24,000 nt of DNA from contig JAYGHB010000031.1 in assembly GCA_034931985.1 (NCBI GenBank), forward strand, positions 22,258 to 46,257. Reading direction: 5' to 3'. The DNA comes from Halotia wernerae UHCC 0503 (GTDB lineage Bacteria; Cyanobacteriota; Cyanobacteriia; Cyanobacteriales; Nostocaceae). Shown one piece after another: positions 14,287 through 21,874 of the stretch; position 1 is the first letter of the stretch; every line of letters starts with the position of its first letter. The notes below the pieces were generated by a model. The model ran no database searches, had not been told where the DNA came from, and saw only the letters and a list, made by a program, of their open reading frames with translations. The position numbers and the translations under genes are program-made.

Positions 14287-14342
14287 TATGTTGGTTGTCA
14301 ATAAGAAGGGTGTAGGGCGTGGAGTGTAGGGGAGAGAACTCC

Positions 14343-14771
14343 TTACAATAATCCTTCTAGTTGGCGACGAATTTTATCGAGTTCAGAATCAGATAATTCT
14401 GGTTCTTCGGCTGGTGGTACTTGGTTAAAACGAAAGGAGTCATCATCAGCATCCTCTTTCTGGTCATCAGCTTTCCAGTCGGTTTCTTCCAAGTTAATTT
14501 CTGGGGGAATAATTAAATCGCTATTTTCGGGGACGATTTCCCACTCGTAACCAGCACTTTCGCAAAACTCCTTAACTTCTTCAGCATCAAGTGCATCTAT
14601 TGTAGGTACGGGGAAATCTTGAGCTTCTAGCAAAAGAGCAAAGCGCAGAGCGTCGTCTTCTGACTCGAACATCAGAATTTTATTGCGATCGCCTACCCGA
14701 ATCGTGTGAATCCCCTCATTTTCGGTATTGGCATTAAAAATCAATACAAAAACACGCATTGGTGTAATCAT
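14343..14771 (-). CDS. DUF3110-family protein with an acidic C-terminus
   Basis: 142 aa. MRVFVLIFNANTENEGIHTI...ILMFESEDDALRFALLLEAQDF matches my recollection of the DUF3110 family. The start is the ATG at 14771 (aagga upstream) or the ATG at 14759. Confidence 0.7.
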   Translation of the reverse strand: MITPMRVFVLIFNANTENEGIHTIRVGDRNKILMFESEDDALRFALLLEAQDFPVPTIDALDAEEVKEFCESAGYEWEIVPENSDLIIPPEINLEETDWKADDQKEDADDDSFRFNQVPPAEEPELSDSELDKIRRQLEGLL

Positions 14772-15153
14772 CTGTCCTTTTGTTCTAAAGTCTATTCATA
14801 TTAAAGTTCTAGGTTATGCACCAAGGAAAGTCATAGCAACAATTCTCACTTTATTAAAATTTTTCTGAGCGCGCCAGGAAAAAGGTAAGGGGGCAGGGGG
14901 GAATTTTCCTCTGGCTTTTCTTTCCTACTTTTGATCAAATTTAATAACCCGATTTGAGGTTTTATATGGATTTCAGGCTTTTATATCGCTTTTCTGGACT
15001 GGGAGGTGAGAAATCACACACAGGGACACTATTTCAACAGACACCTAATTCAGCCAAAATCTTAAATTGGTTTGTATGCTGGAATTAACATTATGAATAC
15101 ATGTGCTAGTTAGTGTCAGTAGTGTGCCAGCTACATCCAGCAAGTAAAAGTGA

Positions 15154-15161
15154 CCCCCCCC
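15154..15161 (+). repeat. C8 homopolymer ending 1 nt before the tamB ATG
   Basis: gtgaCCCCCCCCtATG, read directly from the sequence. Confidence 0.9.
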
Positions 15162-15162
15162 T

Positions 15163-18100
15163 ATGACTAACTCTTCTAATCTAGAGCCTGACTCTAAATC
15201 TCCTGCCTGTAAGCGTCTGTGGTTACTGGTGTTGAGTCGTGGTGGCATTGCCTTGGGCGGAATTTTACTAGTTGGAATTGTTGGTGGTGCTTGGCGATTG
15301 TGGACTTTTGTACAAAAAGATTTAACGCCACTGGCGCAACAAAGTCTCACAACTACACTCAACCGTCCGGTAAACCTAGGAAAAGTTACAGATTTTTCCC
15401 TAACAAAAGTGCGCTTTGGGGCTTCAGCCATTCCTGCAACATCCACAGATCCAGATCGAGCTGTAGTCGATGCTGTAGAAGTAGCTTTTGATCCATTACA
15501 GTTAATTTTTAATCGTGAGTTAAAGCTAGATGTAACCTTAGTTAATCCAGACGTTTACATTGAGCAGGATGAGCAAGGGCGCTGGATCACTACTAGCATA
15601 GCGCCACCAGGTAAAGGCGGGCCGATTAAAACCGATTTGGACAAAATACGGTTCCGTAATGGCAAGCTGGCATTATTACCTCAGAGGAGGGCAGGGAACA
15701 GGGAGCAGGGGGCAGGGGGGGCAGGGGAGGTAAAATCTTTCTTACCTCCTGTGAGATTTTCACAACTTAGTGGCATTGCTCAACTGCTGAAAAACAATCA
15801 ATTGATTAACTTTGAAGCAGCAGGTAAAGCAGATGATGGTGGCAATGTTTCGATTCAGGGAGAGACACTTTCTAAGGTACTAGCAGGTAACTTTCATTTA
15901 CAAGCACAAAACTTTTTAGCTACTAATGTTACCCGTCTTGTCAAGTTACCGTTGAACTTACAGACGGGTCGAGTTGATGGTGACTTGCAAATTAAATTGA
16001 CACCAGAGCAGCCGACTTTATTGTTTGGTAGCGCTGACCTCAAAGGAGTAACAATTCAAGTTTCCCGCCTACCACAACTATTAATTAATAGCCAAGGCAA
16101 TCTCCGCTTCCAAGGAACAGAAATACAGCTAGACAAGGCTACTACCAGCTATGGCAAAATTCCCTTAGTAGCTACGGGAATTATCGACACTCAAGCAGGC
16201 TTTAAATTGGCAGGGCGTGTCAATGGGGTAAGTGTGGCAAATGCCCAAGAAACTTTGAAGTTGAAATTGCCTGTGCCTGTGACTGGGCAATTAAAAGCTG
16301 ATTTACAGCTGATTGGCCCAACTACTAAGCCTATTCTCTCAGGCACAGTTGCCACGATCAAACCTGCCCAAATAGACAAAGTTAATTTTAAAAGTATTAG
16401 TAGTCAATTTGAATTTGCTACAAGTGATTCTTTAATTACTTTGAGAGATATTCAGGGTAAAGCCGCACTTGGTGGAGAAATTACCGGGGCTGGCACAATC
16501 AAAGTGGGGAATACCCCGCAACTGAACTTAAACTTTGCCGCGAAGAATGTTCCTGGAGATGCGATCGCTCAAGTATATGACATTAAACCTAACTTTCAAA
16601 TCGGTACTCTTTCTGCTACAGCCCAAGTCACTGGCGCTCCTACCGATGCCAAAACTATAGTAAAATGGCAAGCCCCGGCAGCTACCTATCCCGGTACTGG
16701 TGAAGTTGTTGTCAATTCCGATCGCACTGTCTCTTTTCGCAATGTAGCTCTTAATGTCGGCGGTGGCTTAGTGCGGGCTTATGGCAGTTATGCTAATGAG
16801 CGTTGGCAAGCTGTCGCCAATGCCTCTGATATTCAGTTGCAGCGTTTTGTAGATAAAAATCAACTGCAAAATGTCTCTTTAGCAGGGGCAGAATTTAACG
16901 GTCGTCTCATCCTTTCAGGTACAACAGCGCCATTTCAAGTTGCTGCTGTTCGCACTGAAGAGGCCGGTGTGCAAATTGCTGGCGGGAGAATTGCCATTTC
17001 TCAAGTGCAACTAAAAGACGAAGGCTTTACCGCCCAATTAAAAGCTAGTGATGTAAGGTTGGGACGGATATTAAAAAATGCTCCCCCAGCTTTAAACAAT
17101 CCATTGGCGGGTACGTTCCAAATAGCAGGCAATAGAGAAAATTTCAGTTTAAAAACTTTACGTGGTACTGGTCAAGCCCAACTTGAAGTTGCAGGTGGCA
17201 CAGTCACAGCTAAAAATATTCAATTAGCTAATGGTGCATATCAGGCACAACTCCAAGCTAATAATGTTGCTGTGCAGCAGTTAGCAACAGTACCACCCCA
17301 ATTTCAAGGCAGGTTAACTGGTCAGTTTAATGTCGCTGGTTCAGTTGAATCTTTCCAACCACAAGCTATTCAAGCCGATGGTCAAGCACGGGTGAATTTT
17401 GGTAAAGGGACGATTACCGCTGCTAATATTCAATTAGCTAATGGTCGCTATCAAGCACAAGTCCAGGCGAATAATGTACCTTTGCAAGAATTGGCAGCAG
17501 TACCACCACAGTTTCAAGGAAAGTTAAATGGTCAATTGAATGTAGCTGGTTCAGTTGAGTCTTTCCAACCCCAAGCTATCCAAGCCAATGGTCAAGCACG
17601 GGTGAATGTTGCCGGGGGGACGATTACAGCATCTAACATTCAATTAGCTAATGGTCGCTATCAGGCTGTAGTTGATGCTACTGGTGTGGGATTAAATCAA
17701 TTTAATCAGCAGTTGCGGGGTGAGTTGGGTGGAAAGTTGCAAGTAGCTGGCACTTTAGGATCTGCCCAATTAGCTGATGTACGTGCTGCTGGTCAGGTGC
17801 AGTTATCTCAAGGCCTGGCTGGGATTGAGCGACCTTTAAACGCGGCGATCGCCTGGAATGGTCAAAAGCTAACTATTAATCAAGCTACTGCACCAGGTTT
17901 AAATGTCAGTGGTGAAATATTAGCCAATGCTAACAAAGCGGGTTTACCAGATATTACCCAATTAAATCTCAACGTCCAAGCCCAAAATTACGATCTTAAA
18001 CAATTACCGATTAATCTTCCTAATCAAGTGGCTTTGGCGGGGAAAGTCGATTTTGATGGTCAGGTGACTGGTAAGTTGCCCTTACCGAATGTCAACGGAC

Positions 18101-20847
18101 AAATCAAGTTACAAGATTTGGTAGTTCAAGGCTTGGCTTTTGAACCTTTATTAACTGGAAATGTTCGTTCAGCGCCGGGACAAGGTTTAAATTTAAATTT
18201 GACAGGTAATAATGATCGCATTGCTGTAAGTTTAGATGCTAATAATCGCCCCGAATCCTTTTTAGTGCGTTGGCAACAAGCCTCAGCCACAGGTAAAGTC
18301 CAAGGCAATGAATTGGCACTGCAACTAGAAAATTTACCCTTACAAGTTTTGAACTTGACTCCACCGCCAAATCTGCGTTTGGGTGGTGGTAAGATAGCTG
18401 GCTTATTAACTGGAAATTTGCAGATTAATCAGCAGAGATTGGCAGCTAGTGGAAGTGTGGTGATCGCAGATCCGAAATTTGGCCGCATTCGAGGCGATCG
18501 CTTAGCAGCTCAATTCCGTTATGAAAATGGTAAAGCCATACTTTCTAGTAGTCAATTCGTCAAAGGTAACAGTATTTATGCCTTTGCTGGTAATTTTGGT
18601 CAAACCCCCCAAGGGCCACAGTTACAAGGTAAGCTTAGCGTCACCCAAGGTAATATCCAAGATGTTTTGACAGTTGCACAGATATTTGAATTACAAGATT
18701 TTCAACGCGGTGCAGCCGAGCCAACTTATGGCACAGCAGCAGACCTCGCCACCTACGAGCGAGGTTTACCAGATCAACCATTATTAACTCAACTCCAGCG
18801 CTTTTATGAAGTTGAGGCCTTGCTAGCACAACAAGAACAACAACAAATTGATGCCAATCCCATACCAAATTTAGCAGACTTGCAGGGTACTTTTAACGGA
18901 GAAGTTGCTGTAAATACAGCTACAGATAATGGTTTATCAGTGCAATTTGATTTGAAAGGTCAAAACTTTGTTTGGGGTAGAGAAGAAGAACCCAGTCGTT
19001 TTTATAGTGCTAACACAATCATTGCCGAAGGTAGTTTTGAAAACGGCGTGTTGCAGTTACGACCTTTGCGGATTGTGTCTGAAGATGGCATCCTGGCTTT
19101 TGCTGGTAATATTGGCGGTGATGATCAATCTGGTCAGTTGCGGGTCAGAAATTTCCCCATAGAATTACTAAATAATTTTGTCAAACTCCCAGTGGGAATA
19201 ACGGGTAATCTCAATGCTACAGCAGCTTTAGCAGGTAGTACTGCTAATCCCCAAGCTAAAGGGGAATTACAAATTATCCAAGGAACACTCAATCAAAAGC
19301 CCATAGAGTCAGCTACCGCCAGTTTCAGTTATGCCGATGGACGCTTAAACTTTGGCAGTAACATCTCAGTTGCTGGGCCGGAACCTGTAAATATTACAGG
19401 CAGCATACCTTATCAGTTGCCCTTTGCGGCGGTAGCACCCCAAAGTAATCAAATCAGTTTGGATGTCAACGTCAAAGATCAAGGATTAGCACTGTTAAAT
19501 TTGTTTACTACCCAGGTGGCATTTGAAAATGGTGAAGGAACAGTAGACCTCAAGGTACGTGGAACAAGACAACAGCCAGAAGTAACTGGCATTGCAACTG
19601 TTAATAATGCCACTTTTTCAGCCCAGGCTTTGCCAGGAAAGCTGACAGATGTCACAGGTCAGGTTAATTTTAATTTTGACAGCATATTTGTAGAAAGTCT
19701 CCAGGGTAAATTTAGTCAAGGTAAAGTAGAAGCCGCTGGAGCAATTCCCATATTTAATAATGGGCAAACAAATATCGAAAATCCTCTGACTGTCAATGCC
19801 GAAAAGTTAGCCTTGAATCTTAAGGGCTTGTACCAAGGAGGCGCTAGTGGTAATTTACAGATTACTGGTTCTGCCCTCAACCCTTTAGTTGGCGGTAAGG
19901 TAAATTTATTTAACGGTCAAGTGTTGTTGGCAGAATCGACCAATTCTTCCACAGCTGGCGATCGCAATCTGGGCGTAGAACCTACAAAAGCCAACAAACA
20001 AGATAAAACTGAAAACACCAATGCGATCGCTAAGTTTAATGATTTAGAAATAGAGTTAGGCAAAAATGTCGAAGTTACTCGTCCACCTATTCTCAGTTTC
20101 CAAGCAACTGGCAACCTGACAGTAAACGGTTCTTTTGCTGATCCCATACCAGATGGGACTATCCGACTCAAGGAAGGTGGAGTGAATTTATTTACTACCC
20201 AATTTAAACTTGCTAATGGCAAAAATACGGCAACTTTTAGGTCTAATCAACCCCGCGACCCCATCTTAGATGTTCAGCTTTTTGCTAAAGTTGTAGATAT
20301 AGTTCAAAGTACTGATATTAGTAGGCCAAGTACTGCTGGATTAGGAGCTTTAGAGAGCGTCAGAGTCGAAGCCACTGTGAAAGGCTCTGCCAGTAAACTC
20401 AACGAAAACCTGGAACTTACCAGCAGTCCTTCACGAAGTCAAACAGAAATTGTCGCTTTATTAGGTGGTGGTTTTGTCGATACTGAAGGACGTGGCGATA
20501 GCACTTTAGGTTTAATTAACATCGCAGGTTCAGCCGTATTCAATAACTTTCAATCAGCTTTTAACCAGATTGGTAGTGCCTTCGGTTTAAGTGAATTTCG
20601 GATATTCCCCACCATCATCTCTGATAATCCTGAAGCAGGTAGGAGTAATTCAACCTTAGAATTGGCCGCAGAAGCTGGGGTTGATCTTTCTCCTAAGGTT
20701 TCTGTTTCTAGTATCAAAATTTTAACAGCAGATGATCCCTTCCAGTGGGGGATCAATTACCGTATAAATAATGAAATTCGTGTGCGTGCTTCTACTAATT
20801 TAGAAGATGACAGTCGTGCAGTAGTGGAGTATCAAACACGGTTTTAA
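15163..20847 (+). CDS. tamB: TamB/TIC236-like translocation-and-assembly-module protein (C-terminal DUF490)
   Basis: 1894 aa. Single N-terminal TM helix (LWLLVLSRGGIALGGILLVGIVGGAW). Then a very long, repetitive, Gly/Asn/Gln/Val-rich beta-strand-like body. The C-terminal region (...LELTSSPSRSQTEIVALLGGGF...FRIFPT...WGINYRINNEIRVRAS) is typical of DUF490. Confidence 0.85.
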   Translation: MTNSSNLEPDSKSPACKRLWLLVLSRGGIALGGILLVGIVGGAWRLWTFVQKDLTPLAQQSLTTTLNRPVNLGKVTDFSLTKVRFGASAIPATSTDPDRAVVDAVEVAFDPLQLIFNRELKLDVTLVNPDVYIEQDEQGRWITTSIAPPGKGGPIKTDLDKIRFRNGKLALLPQRRAGNREQGAGGAGEVKSFLPPVRFSQLSGIAQLLKNNQLINFEAAGKADDGGNVSIQGETLSKVLAGNFHLQAQNFLATNVTRLVKLPLNLQTGRVDGDLQIKLTPEQPTLLFGSADLKGVTIQVSRLPQLLINSQGNLRFQGTEIQLDKATTSYGKIPLVATGIIDTQAGFKLAGRVNGVSVANAQETLKLKLPVPVTGQLKADLQLIGPTTKPILSGTVATIKPAQIDKVNFKSISSQFEFATSDSLITLRDIQGKAALGGEITGAGTIKVGNTPQLNLNFAAKNVPGDAIAQVYDIKPNFQIGTLSATAQVTGAPTDAKTIVKWQAPAATYPGTGEVVVNSDRTVSFRNVALNVGGGLVRAYGSYANERWQAVANASDIQLQRFVDKNQLQNVSLAGAEFNGRLILSGTTAPFQVAAVRTEEAGVQIAGGRIAISQVQLKDEGFTAQLKASDVRLGRILKNAPPALNNPLAGTFQIAGNRENFSLKTLRGTGQAQLEVAGGTVTAKNIQLANGAYQAQLQANNVAVQQLATVPPQFQGRLTGQFNVAGSVESFQPQAIQADGQARVNFGKGTITAANIQLANGRYQAQVQANNVPLQELAAVPPQFQGKLNGQLNVAGSVESFQPQAIQANGQARVNVAGGTITASNIQLANGRYQAVVDATGVGLNQFNQQLRGELGGKLQVAGTLGSAQLADVRAAGQVQLSQGLAGIERPLNAAIAWNGQKLTINQATAPGLNVSGEILANANKAGLPDITQLNLNVQAQNYDLKQLPINLPNQVALAGKVDFDGQVTGKLPLPNVNGQIKLQDLVVQGLAFEPLLTGNVRSAPGQGLNLNLTGNNDRIAVSLDANNRPESFLVRWQQASATGKVQGNELALQLENLPLQVLNLTPPPNLRLGGGKIAGLLTGNLQINQQRLAASGSVVIADPKFGRIRGDRLAAQFRYENGKAILSSSQFVKGNSIYAFAGNFGQTPQGPQLQGKLSVTQGNIQDVLTVAQIFELQDFQRGAAEPTYGTAADLATYERGLPDQPLLTQLQRFYEVEALLAQQEQQQIDANPIPNLADLQGTFNGEVAVNTATDNGLSVQFDLKGQNFVWGREEEPSRFYSANTIIAEGSFENGVLQLRPLRIVSEDGILAFAGNIGGDDQSGQLRVRNFPIELLNNFVKLPVGITGNLNATAALAGSTANPQAKGELQIIQGTLNQKPIESATASFSYADGRLNFGSNISVAGPEPVNITGSIPYQLPFAAVAPQSNQISLDVNVKDQGLALLNLFTTQVAFENGEGTVDLKVRGTRQQPEVTGIATVNNATFSAQALPGKLTDVTGQVNFNFDSIFVESLQGKFSQGKVEAAGAIPIFNNGQTNIENPLTVNAEKLALNLKGLYQGGASGNLQITGSALNPLVGGKVNLFNGQVLLAESTNSSTAGDRNLGVEPTKANKQDKTENTNAIAKFNDLEIELGKNVEVTRPPILSFQATGNLTVNGSFADPIPDGTIRLKEGGVNLFTTQFKLANGKNTATFRSNQPRDPILDVQLFAKVVDIVQSTDISRPSTAGLGALESVRVEATVKGSASKLNENLELTSSPSRSQTEIVALLGGGFVDTEGRGDSTLGLINIAGSAVFNNFQSAFNQIGSAFGLSEFRIFPTIISDNPEAGRSNSTLELAAEAGVDLSPKVSVSSIKILTADDPFQWGINYRINNEIRVRASTNLEDDSRAVVEYQTRF
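15689..15727 (+). other. G-run tract inside tamB (six runs of at least 3 G) encoding ..RRAGNREQGAGGAGE..
   Basis: ggg ca ggg aaca ggg agca ggggg ca ggggggg ca gggg, read directly from the sequence. It fits the G3+N1-7 quadruplex pattern on the sense strand. Confidence 0.8.
17170..17799 (+). repeat. In-frame 210-nt (70-aa) tandem repeats inside tamB, about 3 units
   Basis: ggtcaagc... restarts at 17170, 17380 and 17590. The 23-mer caattagctaatggtcgctatca occurs at 17431 and 17641. At protein level the GQA(Q/R)..GGT(V/I)TA.NIQLANG.YQA... units repeat, and a diverged unit precedes them at about 16960. Confidence 0.85.
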
Positions 20848-20920
20848 CTTATAAATAAGATAATTAAGCTCCTCATAAAATTTCAAAACTTAATTTCTTC
20901 TTACTTGCCAATATCCATTG

Positions 20921-21478
20921 CTACTCGAAGAACTCTATCGAGTTTAAAATCTCACTGCAAGTTTCTTCTGGTGTCTTGCCTTTTGTGTATACTATAAACT
21001 TCGCAAGCTCATAATTTGAAGCGTGTCTAACAAAGTGTTCGTTGATGTTTGGTTTATCATCTGGCACATACTGATTGCGCTCATTGAGAATTTGCACTGA
21101 CTCATCTTTATTGGATGATGGAAGTAAAAGAACAACATTAGGATATGGTGCTAAAGCTTGTTGAACTCTTTGGAATAGAGCAGCGTCCTCATACACGGAA
21201 TGACCACCCCCAAAATCGATAACGCATTGGTTATGTGACGATAGCAGCCTTTCAACAGCATAGGCTTCAAATGGCTTCCAATACTGATATATTCCCCAGA
21301 AACCCTCAGTTTCTCGCTTATGCTTTGCTAATTCCTCGTCATAACCGATCTCAAAGTAGTATTCCCACCGTAGATCATCCATTGAGTATTGAATTAGACC
21401 AAGCCTAGAAGCTAAAAACGCCCCAATCGTAGTTTTGCCAGCACCAATTGGGCCAATGAGAATAATATCTAATTTCAT
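20921..21478 (-). CDS. P-loop NTPase (shikimate-kinase/AAA_33-like small kinase fold); function unknown
   Basis: 185 aa. Walker A at the N-terminus (ILIGPIGAGKTTIG). Its size and layout resemble small nucleotide or shikimate-type kinases, but I do not recognise canonical AroK motifs. Confidence 0.6.
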   Translation of the reverse strand: MKLDIILIGPIGAGKTTIGAFLASRLGLIQYSMDDLRWEYYFEIGYDEELAKHKRETEGFWGIYQYWKPFEAYAVERLLSSHNQCVIDFGGGHSVYEDAALFQRVQQALAPYPNVVLLLPSSNKDESVQILNERNQYVPDDKPNINEHFVRHASNYELAKFIVYTKGKTPEETCSEILNSIEFFE

Positions 21479-21588
21479 GTGATTCTATTAATACTTATTG
21501 CAGCGATCGCTCTTTGATGCTTTTCCCTTACCAGTAGCCTTATAACTTTTACCATGCCTCATGGCGGTTTAACCAATACTGGAGTTAG

Positions 21589-21798
21589 AAGAAAGCTTTT
21601 TCAAATGTTCAATCCGGCAGCACAGCAACCTCTGAACCATTGCCGTTGATGCTCTTTAATGAAATTTCAAAGCAGTTGGGAATGAGCGATCGTACAGTTA
21701 AGAAACATTGGGAAAATATTTACGAGAAATTTGGTGTTCAAACCCGCCTTGGTGCTGTCATTTACGCATTGCAAAAATTGGGTATTGTCACTCTTTAA
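21589..21798 (+). pseudogene. Remnant of a LuxR/GerE-type HTH domain (C-terminal fragment only)
   Basis: Frame 1 reads ...PLPLMLFNEISKQLGMSDRTVKKHWENIYEKFGVQTRLGAVIYALQKLGIVTL*. This matches the LuxR_C consensus (EIAxxLxxSxxTVKxHxxNIxxKLxVxxRxxAV), but the first helix is shortened. The frame is closed by a TAG at 21586-21588, and the first ATG (21649) leaves only 49 codons. No receiver or ligand domain lies upstream. Confidence 0.45.
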
Positions 21799-21806
21799 AT
21801 GTCTAT

Positions 21807-21843
21807 ATCAGTGTTCAGTTATTATTGTTCGCTGAACACTGAT
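21807..21843. terminator. 12-bp perfect-stem hairpin between the LuxR remnant and the convergent sps gene
   Basis: atcagtgttcag (21807-21818) pairs with ctgaacactgat (21832-21843) across a 13-nt loop. It is followed by tttt on the plus strand and lies 31 nt from the sps stop. Confidence 0.5.
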
Positions 21844-21874
21844 TTTACTTAAATTTAACTTAAAAATTGGGAGT

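Noticed and set aside
15045-15446. A 133-aa minus-strand ORF overlapping the tamB start. Similar antisense or overlapping ORFs from the track: 231-497, 244-453, 1651-1845, 2438-2716, 4146-4367, 4390-4650, 4981-5202, 5942-6133, 7463-7952, 8469-8798, 9233-9580, 9858-10118, 12654-12836, 13609-13797, 15219-15491, 16191-16379, 18126-19162, 19917-20222, 20550-20756 and 22911-23108.
   Set aside because: All lie inside or antisense to much longer ORFs with recognisable domains. Their products are low-complexity or Arg/Ser/Cys-rich, as expected for wrong-frame translation, and none shows a recognisable motif.
17170-17799. Regularly spaced repeats that could at first glance be taken for a CRISPR-like array.
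   Set aside because: The period is 210 nt with no repeat/spacer alternation. The units are in frame inside a 5.7-kb ORF and translate into repeated protein modules.
21733-21748. ggtgttcaaacccgcc resembles a tRNA T-arm (GGTTCAAAyCC).
   Set aside because: No acceptor stem, anticodon arm or D-arm can be built around it. It lies in frame within the LuxR-type HTH remnant (..FGVQTRL..).
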